The notes beneath the pieces are model-generated. The model made no database searches, had not been told where the DNA came from, and saw only the letters and a program-made list of their open reading frames with translations. A program made the position numbers and the translations under genes. A stretch of DNA of 64,000 nucleotides from the human T2T-CHM13v2.0 reference genome, Homo sapiens. This document shows positions 42,996 to 55,900 of the stretch, piece after piece. The stretch lies in assembly GCF_009914755.1 (NCBI RefSeq), contig NC_060931.1. One strand, written 5' to 3'. Every line of letters starts with the position of its first letter. The first letter of the stretch is position 1.

Positions 42996-45097
42996 ATATG
43001 TATAAAATAAACCCTTGTTATTTGGTTCGGATTTTTTCTTTAAACACTGTTAATTTGTTTTCTCATACTGAGTGCTAGCAAAATTTGTGCTGCTAGTTTT
43101 GTTTTCGCATACTGAGTGCTAAATGGGAGCAGATTACTTAGATGACTTTAAGGCAAAATATTTAATTGAAATTCAGTGTATGGTCTTGGGCAAATCGGTG
43201 TTTCTGGGAGGTTTTCATTTTTATATATTTATATTAGAGTAAATGATGCCGACAGTGTTATGTAGCTCTAGGAGCTCTGATTTTGTGAGGGCAAGAATTC
43301 TATTTTTGGTCTATATTTCATTATAAAATTAGTAATCGTGGAGCTTGAGGAGGAATTGACCCCACATTGAATGCTTGGTTAGGAAATGGGTTACTATTGT
43401 GTCCAGCTGTGCAGATTGAATACTTGACTCTGCAAGTTTTCTTGAAGCACTTACTAATTTTCCAGCAGTTCCCTCAACATTTGCCACAGTCATTCTTCCA
43501 TTGAAGGTGCCACTGTCTAGAGATAGGCTGGATTAATAGTTGAGACTCTCAGAGATGAACTTGTTTCTTCTCTTTTTATTAGCATTAATGATGAGTGAGA
43601 GTAGTTGCCTGATAATACCTCCTCAGTCTGCACAGCTTTAGGCTACCTTGTGCTGTATACACCTGGAAAGATCTGACTTTAGATTTTGCAAAAATCTGTT
43701 TAGTTCCACACATAAATTAAGTTCTTTTTCATTACACAGAATGAGGAAACAACCTCATGGAAGTTTATGTGCAGTGGGTTGACTTCAACCATTGAGCCTT
43801 TAGGATATTTACAGGTGAATTGGGTAGTAGAAAATTTTAATAAGTACCTGTTTTCTACAATCTCTGTGGCATTGATTTTAAGCCCTTAACATTTGGACAT
43901 ATTTAGAGACATATTTGTTATTGTAAGGATTAACATAATAGGTTACTATTTTATGGAAGAGATTAGTATCTAAAGCACAAATGCTTGTTAATAACTGCCA
44001 AATAGTAGAAGTTAGGTGGTTTCCTGGCTTGTTCTTGCATTTAAAAGTAATGGATCAAATATTTCACCATTTAATATGAGGTTTGTTACAGGTTTCTATA
44101 GAAATAATATTGAATTTGGAACCTTTCCTTTGTTACTAGGTTACATAATTTTTTGATTTTATTTCAGATACACAGTATATTGAATTTTAAAAATTGTTTT
44201 TCAGGATTTTTCTCTTATGTAGTGAAATATATTAGTAATTTTTTTGAGGTTGAACCATTTTTGAATTCATGAAATAAATCTCATTTGGCCATGGTATATT
44301 ATTCTTGTAGTACATTTGCAGAAATTAATTTTTAAAATATTTCTTAGAATTTTTGCTCCTACGTTTGTGATACTTGGCCTTTTGTTTAATTAGTTAGTTA
44401 ATTTTGGTAATGGGGTTTTGCTAGTTAAAAGCATTTTATATTTTTATGCTATCTGCTTCATACAACTTAGTATATCTGTTTCTTAAATTTTAGTGGAAGT
44501 AGCCCTTAGAAGATTGTATTTTTAAGATTAATTCTTTAAATTTATTCTGTTTATTGTGTCTTAGTTTTTTTGTATTTTGCCTAAGTCAATTTGGGTAATT
44601 AATTTTTTCTAGAAAGTATGTACTAAATTTTGAATATTTTGGTATAAAGCTGTTCATAGTGTTCCAGGTTAATTAATGAAAACAAAAACATTCGTTCTTA
44701 AACTGAGTTATGTTCTCTTTGTATTTCCAGTGTTTATTTAGTTCTCTTTTTAATGAGACTTTCCAGATAATTATCTATTTTAATGGTCTTTACAAACAGC
44801 ATTTGGTTTTATTAATCATGTTTATAATACTTTTGTCTTATATTTTACAGATATCTTTTATTGTCTTTATTAAGCTCTTCCTACCGTGTTCTTTGTTGCT
44901 TCTTTTCTAGCTGCCATTAAAAGTCTACGTCATACTGCTTTATTGTTTTCTATTATATGCATATATTTAAATTTTCTTTTATGTATTGGTTTGGCTGCAT
45001 GCCATAGGTCTTAAATGGTCATGCTCTCATTGACACATATTTATGAATTTTAAGTTTTGATTTTTTTAAACCCATGTTATTAAACTATTCAGCTTTA

Positions 45098-45640
45098 ATT
45101 TTTTTATTAAAAAAAACCATTTATTGTATATATTTAAGATACAAAGATTCAGTATCCCCTATCGGAAATGCTTGGTACGGAGGTATTTTGGCTTTAAGAT
45201 TTTTTTGGATTCTGGAATATACATGAGATATCTTAGGAAGGGGACCCCAAGTCTAAACATTAAACTCACTTATGTTTCATATATAGCTTATATGCATAGC
45301 CTGAATGTAATTTTATACAATATTTTAAATAATTTTGTGCATCTATCACATGAGGTCAGGTGTGGAATTTTCCACTTGTGGCATCATGCTGATGTTAAAA
45401 AAGTTTCAGATTTTTGGAACATTTTGGTTTTAAGGTTTTTGGATTAGGGATTCTAACCTATATAGCGTGGTGGTATGGGATACATATAGATAGTAAAATG
45501 ATTACTGTAGTGAAGCAAATTAATATATCTATCATCTCATATAGTTACCCATTTTTTGTTGTTGTGGCAAGAACAGCTAAAATCTACTCATTTAGCAGGA
45601 ATCCCAAATAGAGTACAATGTTGTTAATTATAGTCTTAAT
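45098..45640 (-). mobile_element. L1MA-type 3' end, split by a Tigger element
   Basis: 'tttattgtatatatttaagatac' [insert] 'gatacatatagatagtaaaatgattactgtagtgaagcaaattaatatatctatcatctc'. Confidence 0.7.
45141..45461. mobile_element. Tigger4b/MER46-like TcMar MITE
   Basis: Degenerate TIRs 'agtatcccctatcggaaat' / 'tttttggattagggattctaacct', TA flanks, internal 'ggggaccccaagtctaaac'. Confidence 0.75.
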
Positions 45641-46293
45641 TTCTAATTTAATTGCATTGTGTTCAGAAAAAGCAACTTGAAATGTTTTTGCAGGTTTCAA
45701 TATTGAGCTCATCTTTGTGACCTAATCTATGATTTTTTTTGGTGAATTTTAGATGTGTGCTTGAAAGAATATAAATATTTGAATACATATATTAATTAAG
45801 CCACTGTTTCTAGTATTTGAGCCCCATATATCCCTTAATTATTAGTTACTTGCTTGCTCTGTCGATTAGTAGTGTATGCTTGTCTTTCATTATCACTTCT
45901 TTCTCACTTTATTGCTACCAACAATTGTTTGATACATTTCAAAACTATGTTATTTGGCCTTTACTAGTTTACTAGTTTATTAGACTTCTTGGTGGATTTT
46001 TAACATTCATTTTTTATGGGAGATATTAATTTAATCTATTTATTGTTCTGTAAATTCTGTCTTGTCTGCTATCAATACTACTATAGGTATTATTTTAAAA
46101 AATGCTTACTGGGCTATATTTTCCCCTTCTTTATTTTCAGATTTACTCTTTTTTAATCTCTTCTTAATAGCATATTGCTAGATTTTCTTTGTTTTTTTTA
46201 TTTTTTAATCTGAGAGCTTTTCCTTTAATAGGGGAAGTTGATTCATGTATGTTTATTGTAATCATTGATATGTTTGGATTTAACTTTATTCTT

Positions 46294-46980
46294 TTTTTTT
46301 TAATTATTTATTTTTATTGATCATTCTTGGGTGTTTCTCGCAGAGGGGGATTTGGCAGGGTCATAGGACAATAGTGGATGGAAGGTTAGCAGATAAACAA
46401 GTGAACAAAGGTCTCTGGTTTCCTAGGCAGAGGACCCTGCGGCCTTCCGCAGTGTTTGTGTCCCTGGGTACTTAAGATTAGGGAGTGGTGATGACTCTTA
46501 AGGAGCATGCTGCCTTCAAGCATCTGTTTAACAAAGCACATCTTGCACTGCCCTTAATCCATTTAACCCTGAGTGGACACAGCACATGTTTCAGAGAGCA
46601 CAGGGTTGGGGGTAAGGTCACAGATCAACAGGATCCCAAGGCAGAAGAATTTTTCTTAGTACAGAACAAAATGAAAAGTCTCCCATGTCTACTTCTCTCT
46701 ACACAGACACGGCAACCATCTGATTTCTCAATCTTTTCCCCACTTTTCCCGCCTTTCTATTCCACAAAACCGCCATTGTCATCATGGCCCGTTCTCAATG
46801 AGCTGTTGGGTAGACCTCCCAGACAGGGTCATGGCCGGGCAGAGGGGCTCCTCACTTCCCAGTAGGGGCGGCCGGGCAGAAGCGCCCCTTACCTCCCGGA
46901 TGGGGCGGCTGGCTGGGCCGGGGGCTGACCCCCCCACCTCCCTCCCGGACGGGGCGGCTGGCCGGGCAGAGGGGCTCCTC
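46294..46980 (-). mobile_element. 5'-truncated SVA (SINE-R plus partial VNTR), SVA_D-like
   Basis: Poly-T tail, HERV-K-derived SINE-R 'ttgggtgtttctcgcagagggggatttggcaggg', CpG-rich VNTR units; perfect 12-bp TSD aactttattctt (46282-46293 / 46981-46992). Confidence 0.97.
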
Positions 46981-47579
46981 AACTTTATTCTTATTTTATA
47001 AAATTTTACTTAGCATGCTTTCTTATTGAATATGCCTTCTCCTCTAACCTCTCACTCCTTACCCTCTTCCTCTTTCATTGCATTTTTTTTCCATTCCCCT
47101 CTCCCCAATTTGTTTGGGATTTGTATACCTTATTTATATCAATTTACTGATTACCTTTTAAAGGTTAAGAAACATCCTAAAACATATGCATTTGGAGTTT
47201 CAATCTGTATCTGCAATATATTCTGATTTATTCAAGAAAGCTCAGTGTGCTTTTATTTCTCCTTTCCTACTGTTCCTTGCCTTTTCCCCCATCACTCCAA
47301 CTACATCTTATATTGAGATAATTTTTTGTCTAGATTTTTTTCTGTGGGTAATAAAATTGTTGTGTTTCCATAATTCACTTGAGGGACCGTCTTGAGTATA
47401 GTATTAATTATGCAAAATTATTTTTCCTTTTAATTTTGAAAATATTGCTTAACTGTCTTTTTGCACCGATTACAATCTATGACAATATGCTTGCTGAATA
47501 ATTTTTCTATTTAGATGTAACCTCTCCCTGAAGTTTTCTGGGAGAGTTCTGTTCAGCCATTGAGCTTATTACTTTTTTA

Positions 47580-47791
47580 GCCTCTGAGGTTCAAGCAGTT
47601 CTCCTGCCTTAGCCTCCCGAGTAACTGGGACTACAGACTTGTGCCACCACGCCCAGCTAATTTTTGTATTTTTAGTAGAGATGGGGTTTCACCATGTTGG
47701 CCAGGATGGTCTCGATCTCTTGACCTCGTTATCTGCCTGCCTCTGCCTCCCAAAGTGCTGGGATTACAGGTGTGAGCCACCGTGCTCAGCC
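47580..47791 (-). mobile_element. Partial AluS (AluSc-like); distal right arm and tail missing
   Basis: Begins abruptly at 'cctctgaggttcaagcagttctcctgcc'; intact left arm. Confidence 0.88.
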
Positions 47792-49059
47792 TATTTAAAG
47801 TTATCCTTACCTTTGCAGTGTTAACTTGCCTTCCAAGGTTTTAGCTTATCTGCCCACTGAATTTTATCCATCTCTTTCAGGATATTGATTTTCCTAAAAT
47901 GATTTGTGATTTTTGGTTGTATACTCATATTTGTACTTGAGAATCACTGTCAGCTTATTTTATTTTCTGTAAATTTTCTCTACTGATTGTGTGAAAGGGA
48001 TTACAGCTTGGGGGATGGGGAGACATTGCTTTTTCTCTGGGTATTGGCTATTTGAGTCCTTGCTCTGCTCAGATACCACACTCTAAGCTGTCTCCTGTGC
48101 AGATGCCTCCACAGCTTGCTTGGGAGGACACTGCAGTCTCAACTGTTTATGTGTTGATTAGTCTCATGTTCACCTAGAGGTTCTTGCTTCTTTTATTTAA
48201 TAGTCTTCCCCTACATGGTCAGGCTTTTCTCTGAAGTTTTGATTCTGATTACCTTCTTTCAGAATTCTTCAAAATTTCTGATTAGATATTGGCACTCTTT
48301 TTTGTTTTCTGCTTCTAATTCTGATTTATTGTTTTTGAAAAATAACTTTTAAGTCATGATGGGTATTTTGGGCGGGAAGAAAGTAAGAAACATGTATTCA
48401 ACTGGCCACATAAAATCCCAATAAATAGTGGGAGTCAGAATCATTGCCCACATATTGTGTGTTTTTTGATAAGTGATACAGGTGTATACTCAAAAGTAGT
48501 GTTCAAGCCCAACTTGAAGAATACAAGTTCTAAACTTCTGAAGTTGGTTATTTATAAAGTACCACAAATATTAGCAACTTTTTATGAATTATATGTATAT
48601 TTATATTGGAATAAATCTCTTTAATAAGATATTTTTCATTCCTTATATAATTATCATTTTCTAATATGCTTTGGTATTACCCTTTTATATAATAGCAACA
48701 GTATAATAATAGATCATGTCTTATTGAAATAGAAGGTGAATGCTTCTCCACCATGGAGGACAACACTCCCCTTTTCTTGTTCCATAGTTAAAGTTGGGGT
48801 GGGAGTTGAGTACAATAAGATTGATGAGGTCACTCTCTCTTAGCATTTTTTTTGGTCCTGTTGGGAAGTGACCTGTCTTAAGAGTTGTTTTGTGGCAGCT
48901 ATACCTTAAGGATTGATTTATGTATATATAAGAGAGTTCCATTTTGTATTAGTGATAGCTGAGTGATACATCTTCTGATTATCTGTTTGAATTATCACTA
49001 AAAGGTATCAGAAGAGTACCTTTATATAACTGAATATTATACCATCATGATTTACAATG

Positions 49060-49361
49060 GGATACAGTAAATATTTTCAGCTTTGTCAGCCATATGATCT
49101 GTATTGGAACTACAGCTGTGTTGTAGTTTGAAAACCATGAAACAATATGCAGGTGAATGACCACGACTGTGTTTCAGTAAAACTTTATGAACACTAAAAT
49201 TTGATTTTCGTATTATTTTCACATATCATGAAACTTTATTCTTGTTTTGCTTTGCTTCCTTCAACCATTAGAAAAGGTAAAAACTATTCTAAACTTATGG
49301 GATATACAAAAACAGGTGGTGGGCTGGATTTGACCCATGGGCCACAGTTTGCCAGCTCCTA
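49060..49361. mobile_element. MER58B-like hAT MITE
   Basis: 'gtaaatattttcagctttg..gtgtttcagtaaaactttat..gggctggatttgacccatgggccacagtttgcc'. Confidence 0.8.
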
Positions 49362-49758
49362 ATTTAGAAGATGGTATAATAACATGTAAAGTGTTCATAA
49401 TTGATTGAATAAAAAAAGGGAGGGGCAGGTTTAAAAACAGTAGATATAGTGCAATTTCATTTATGTAAGAAAGCAATCATCAGCTTACAGATAGCACTGG
49501 AAGAACAGCTATCAAAATATTAACAGTGGTTTCCTGGTTAGCTTATGGGAATAATTTCGTTCTACATTGTGTTTATTTGCATTTTTTTTTAGTTTTGTAT
49601 CCTGTTTATTATGTTGTTTTGAAAAATAAACATGTATGCCAGAAAAAACAGTTATTTAAAAAGTGACAGAGAATCTGTACATTTTTAGCAAAATCAGGGT
49701 ATTTGTTGTTAATTAATTTGATACAATCTGTTTTGTTTACCCTGTGCTTCATTTTTAG

Positions 49759-49853
49759 CCAACAAGTCCCAAATTTGGAAAAGCTGACTCATATGAAAAG
49801 CTGGAAAAACTAGGGGAAGGATCTTATGCTACAGTATACAAAGGGAAAAGCAA
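49759..49853 (+). CDS. CDK14: CDK14 coding exon, 95 nt, phase 0-2 ([31 protein letters not shown]), kinase Gly-rich loop
   Basis: Acceptor cttcatttttag|, donor CAA|gtaagt; [11 protein letters not shown] loop of PFTAIRE kinases; in frame with the 28849-29094 exon. Not in the ORF track. Confidence 0.97.
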
Positions 49854-50614
49854 GTAAGTTCATTATTTTTGGAATATTTCACATGTACAGTGTATCTGCC
49901 CTCTTATTACTAAATAGCATTTTATTTAAATAATTATTATTTAATATACAATAGATTTTCCTCCCTCACGGTATCCTTTTTTTTTTTTTTTTTGGCAAGT
50001 GTGTAAAACTCATTGGAATTGGTGTACCCTGCTAGTAAACAGTTTTTCAGACTGTTCAATTTATTTTTCTGTTTAATGCGCCTCCCCACAACACTGCTTT
50101 CTCTTTCAAAGGAGTTGGAACCGTCTAATGAGAATTCATTTCCAGGTGAATTATGTGATTAATTTCTCATAGAGATTTCGTGTTGGGAATAGGAGTATTG
50201 ATTTGACAATGCCAAATATATTGGCCATTCTTGGGGTCTTTTTAAGTTAAGCTTTTACTCCATCTTTCAGAAGTCTCTTAGTTAAACAAAATGGCAAACT
50301 TTTCTTTTTCTTTCTTCCTGTCTGCTTTGGCATCATGCTGCATATATTTTCATATCGAGAAACAACTGTCTCCTCCTTTTCTTCTTTCTCTCCATTGCTC
50401 TCTGGGGGTCAGGGCACAGATTTGGATTCTTGAAAAGCTTGTCCTCATGTGTTTCTGATTGACCTCCTTACTCTCCCTTATTAATTAAGGACAGAGAGTT
50501 ACTGTATTTAGTGACATGTAGTTGTAGATAACTTAATGCAATCTCTGCAACAACCACAGAAGTCACAAGCTTTGTTTTACCTTTATAACTTTACCAAATG
50601 ATGTTGCAAAATAA

Positions 50615-50966
<352 letters not shown>

Positions 50967-51244
50967 GATTAGAATATTGTAACTTAAGTAATTAAATAAG
51001 AAGATGTAGAAGAGAAAAATTCTCTGAAGGATCATTCCAAAGACATAGTTGGAAATTTTGATTATGTGCTAATTTAGGTAATCTTAGGATTTTCAGGAGT
51101 GTGGTCTTATATCTGTTTGTTCATGTTTCTTAAGTTTAGAAGATGAAATATTCCTTATCAAGAAAGATATGTAAGGCAAAAATACTGTGAAGTCAAAAGT
51201 AATAGTATTAATTTTGAGAGTTGTAAAAAAAAGTTTGTAAAAAT

Positions 51245-51815
51245 GGTGCAGGGAGCCCTCTTCATTCCACACCCGGGCAGATCTCCAGGCATTTGGAGCA
51301 CCCGCTTGCCTCGTTCTATATCTTGAGCTGCCCCACCCCTTCTGTCCAGAGATCCTGGTATAGCAGAGCCTTCTTCACTCCATGCCCAGTCAGATCTCCA
51401 AGCATTCAAAGCACCTGCTCACCTCATCTGGATTGGCAACCTCAGTTGCCCCACCCTTCCTTTGCAGACATCCAGGTGCAGGAGGGGCCCTTTCTGCTTT
51501 ACATCCAGGCAGATCTCCAGGCAGTTAGAGCACCTGCTCACTTTGTTCAGCATCCTGAGTCACTCACTCTTCCTGTGCAGAGACCATGGTGCAGCTAGGC
51601 CTCTGCTCCACACCCAGGCAGATCTCCAGGCATTTGGAGCACCAGTTCACCTGGAATGGCAGCTTAAGCTGCCTCACCCTTTCTACACAAAAACTCTGGT
51701 GTAGCAGGTTCCTCTCTCCTCCATGCCCCAGCAAATCTCCAGGGATCTGGAGCACTTACACTCCTGGATTAGGAGTTTAGGCTGCCTCCACTTCCTCTGC
51801 AGAGACTTGGGGCTA
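51245..51815 (+). repeat. Five diverged ~110-119 bp monomers at the L1 5' end
   Basis: Units start 'ggtgcag/ggtrtag' at 51245, 51357, 51475, 51588, 51698; core 'cagatctcca' (caaatctcca in unit 5) at 51278, 51391, 51510, 51619, 51732. Confidence 0.9.
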
Positions 51816-52225
51816 AGGATGTTTCCCAGCTTCATGTTTAGGCACACTCTGGGTGCTTGGTGGCTTTCTACTGGATTCTCCATCAGTGCTGGTGCTTGTG
51901 CCTGCTATCAGGGGATGACCATCTTGCCTCATGCCCCCAGGACTGAGAAGGGAACTCAGAACACTATGGGCTCCACAGATCAGCCCATTGCCTAAGGCAA
52001 CAGAGAGCATCTCCCCATAAATAAGGATCAAGTATATATCCAGACACATTGGCTGCAGTAGGTTCTTACTGATAAGTGCCATCTACTGGCTGTAGGTCAA
52101 ACCAAACAGCCGTATGTAAAAGCTGCTGATAGAAATGCATAGGGCTATAGAAGCAAAGCCAAAAGATCCTACCCAGCATTCTCTGCAGTTGCAACACAGA
52201 GGGAGTGGGGAGAAGGGAAGGGGAA

Positions 52226-52229
<4 letters not shown>

Positions 52230-52265
<36 letters not shown>
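52230..52265. repeat. (CA)n microsatellite
   Basis: Perfect AC run of about 18 units. Confidence 0.97.
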
Positions 52266-52266
<1 letters not shown>

Positions 52267-52655
52267 CAATAATATTACAGAGAAAGAAAAAGAAAAAATG
52301 CAATCTGTACAAAAATAATTACAAAAATTATAGTGCCAACATCTCCAGATGAGAAGGAACCAGCAAAAGAATTTTGTTATTGTGAAAAATCTGAATGTCT
52401 TGGCACCGCTGAAGGATCACACTAACTCTCCAGCAATAATTCCTGACCAAAATGGAGACTCAGAAATGACAGATAAATAATTGAAAGCATGGATTACAAG
52501 GAAGCTTAGTGAGATCCAAGACATGATTCAAAATCTACACAAAGAAACTTCTAAATCAATCCAGGAAATGAAGAAGGAGATATAACATCTTAAAAGGAAA
52601 TCAGTCAGCGTTTCTAGAATTGAAAAGCTCACTTAAGGAATTTCAATACAATTGA

Positions 52656-52964
52656 GGCCGGACGTGGTGGCTCACACTTGTAATCCCAGCACTTTGGGAG
52701 GCCAAGGCGAGCGGATCATATGAGGTCAGGAGTTTGAAACCAGCCTGGCCAATATGATGAAACCCCATCTCTACTAAAAACAGAAAAATTAGCTAGGTGT
52801 GGTGGCACATGCCTGTAATCTCAGCTACTCCAGAGGCTGAGGCATGAGAATAGCTTGAACCTGCGAGGCGGAGGTTGCAGTGAGCTGAGATCACACCACT
52901 GCACTCCAGCCTGGGCAACAGAGCGAGACTGTCTCCAAAAAAAAAGAAAAAAAAAGAAAAGAAG
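52656..52964 (+). mobile_element. AluSx-like element inserted in L1 ORF1
   Basis: Full dimer with A tail; TSD aatacaattga / aaaacagttga; L1 sequence resumes afterwards. Confidence 0.93.
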
Positions 52965-55900
52965 AAAACAGTTGAAAGCTTCAATATCTTAGACCAAGTG
53001 GAAGAAATAATTTCAGAGCTTGAAGACCAATCTTCTTAACCCAGACAAAAATAATATTTTTTTAAATGAACAAAATCTTTGAGAAATATGGGATAATGTA
53101 AAGTGATCAAACCTTCAAATTATTGGCATTCCTAAGTGAGACAGAGAAAAGGTAAACAACCTGGAAAACATATTTGAGGGAATAATCCCAGAAAAATCCC
53201 CTAACCTTGCTAGAGAGGTGAATATCCAGATTCAAAAAATCTGGAGAACATCTGGGAGATACTATATAAAATGAACACCACCAAGACTTACTCACCAGGA
53301 TGTCTAAGGTCAATGCTAAAGAGAAAATGTTAGAAAGAAAAAAGCAAGATCACATATAAAGGGAACACCATTAAGCTAACAGCAGATTTCTCAGAAGAAA
53401 CCTTACAAGCCAGGAGAGTTTGGGGGCCTGTTTTCACCATTCTTAAAATAAATCTCGGCCAAGAATTTCATATCCCACCAAGATAAGCCTCATACGCAAA
53501 GGAGTAATAAAATGTTTTCCAGACAAGCAAGTGCTGAGGGAATTTCTTACCACTAGATCAGCCTTACAAGAGATCCTTAAGGGTGTTCTAAACATGGAAA
53601 TGTAAGAACAATACCCACTACCACAAAAACACACATAAGTACATGGCCCACAGATTCTGTAAAGGCACTATACAATAGAAACTATAATGCAACCAAGTAA
53701 CAACTTCATGATAGGCTCAAAATGCTATATATCAATATTAACTTTGAATATAAACTGACTAAACCTCACACTTTTAAAGGGCATAGAATTGTAAGTTGGA
53801 TTAAGGAAAGAAAAACAAGACCTATCTCTCTGCTGTTTTCAGGAGACCCATCTCACATGTGATTACACAAGTAGGCTCAAAGTAAAGGGTTGGAGAAAGA
53901 TCTATCACTCAAATGGAAAACAAACAAGAGCAGGGGTCACTATTTTTATATCAGATAAAACAGACTTTAAGCCAACAACAATAAAAAAGGAGAAAGAAGG
54001 GCGTTACATAATGATAAAGTGTTCAATTCAACAAGAAGACTTAACTATCCTAAATATATATGCATGCAACATTGGAACAACCAGATTCCTGAAACAATTA
54101 CTTGTAGACCTACAAAAGGACTTAGCCACACAATAATAGTGGGGGCTTCCACAACGCACTGACAGCATTAGACAGATCATCAAGGCAGAAGACCAACAAG
54201 GAAATTCTGGACTTAAATTCTACCCCTGACCAACTAGACCTAATAGGCATCTACAGGATATTCCACTCATCAACCACAGAATATACATTCTTCTCATTTG
54301 CATTTAGGACAGATGACCACATGCTCAGTCATAAAGCAAGTCTCAGTAAATTAAAAAAAAAAAATCAAAGTCATACCATCCATACTCTTAGACCACAGTG
54401 GAATAAAAATAAGAATCAATACCAAGAGGATTTCCCCAAACTTTGCAATTACATGGAAATTAAACAACTTCCTCCTGAATAACTTTTGATTAAACAATTA
54501 AAGCAGAAGTCAAAAAATTCTTAGACATAAATGAAAACAGAGACAAATCATACCAAAATCCTTGGGATACAGGAAAAACAGTGTTAAGAGGAAAGTTTAC
54601 AGCACTAAATGGCTACCTAAAAAAATTAGAAAGATCTTAAATTAACTAACATCACTCCTAGAGGAACTAGAAAAACAAGAACAACCTAACCCCAAAGCCA
54701 GAAGAAGAAAAAACATAACTAAAATCAATGCAGAACTGACTGGAATTGAGACCTAAAAATATATTAAAAATAAATGAAATCAAAAGTTGGTTCTTTGAAA
54801 GGATAAAGATCAATAGAACACTAATTAAAGGAAGAGAGAAGATCCAAGTTAACACAATCAGAAATGACAAAGGTGACATTACAGCTGATCCCATGGAGAT
54901 AGAAAAGATTGTCAGAGACTATTAGGAACAACTCTATGTATACAAAGTAGAAAATCTAGAGGAAATTGGTAAATTTCTGGAACACATAACCTCCCAATAT
55001 TGCATCAGGAAGAAATGGAAACTCTGAACAGACCAATATCAAGTTCCACAATTGAATTAATAATAAAAACCTACCAATCAAAAAAAGCCCAGGACTAGAT
55101 TGTCTCATAGCCAAGTTCTACCAGAAGTGCAGAGAAGAGATGGTATCAATTCTACTGAAACTATTGCAAAAAATTGAGGAAGATGGACACCGCCTTATCA
55201 TCGAGGATGATGAAGCCAGCATCATCCTGATATGAACAACTAGGAAAGAAACAATGAAAACAGAAAACTAAAAGCCAATATGCCTGATGAACAAAAATCC
55301 TAAACAAAATACCAGCAAACCAAATCCAGCAGCACATCAAAAAGATCATTCACCACAATCAAGTAGGCTTCATTCCTGGGATGCAAGGTTGGTTCAGAAT
55401 TCACAAATCGATACATGTGCTTCACCACATAACAGAATTAAGAACAAAAACCATTTGATCATCTCAGTCGATTTGCAAAAAGGCTTTGATAAAATCCAAC
55501 ATCCCTTCATGATAAAGACCCTCAGTAAGCTAGGCATTGAAGGAACATAGTTCAAAATAATAAGAGCCACCTATGACAAACCCACAGCTAACATCATACT
55601 GAACTGACAACAGCTGGAAGCATTCCTCTACAGAACTGGAAAAAGACAAGGATACCCACTCTCGCCGCTCCTATTAAAACATAGTACCAGAAGTCCTGGC
55701 CAGAGCAATCAGGCAAGAGAAAGAAATAAAAGGCATCCAAATAAGAAATCAAGTGAAATTACCCATCTTTGCTGACAATATGATTCTATACAGAGTCTAA
55801 AGAGTCCGCCAAAAAGCTCCTGGAATTGATGAATGACTTCAGTACAGTTTCAGAATATAAAATCAATGTATAAAATCCAGCATTATTTCTATACACCAGC

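Larger units (their letters stand above)
44010..46281 (-). mobile_element. Highly diverged L1M region carrying nested insertions
   Basis: T-rich antisense L1 motifs such as 'gttgaaccatt..tggccatggtatattatt' and 'ctaatttaattgcattgtgttcaga'. Confidence 0.6.

Noticed and set aside
46485-47001. ORFs resembling database 'hypothetical proteins'
   Set aside because: Translations of SVA SINE-R/VNTR; the same applies to Alu-derived ORFs at 164, 2290, 47639, 52793 and 60821
51245-51815. Regularly spaced repeats superficially like a CRISPR array
   Set aside because: Whole units are homologous, so there are no unique spacers; the context is eukaryotic, with no cas genes, and contiguous with an L1
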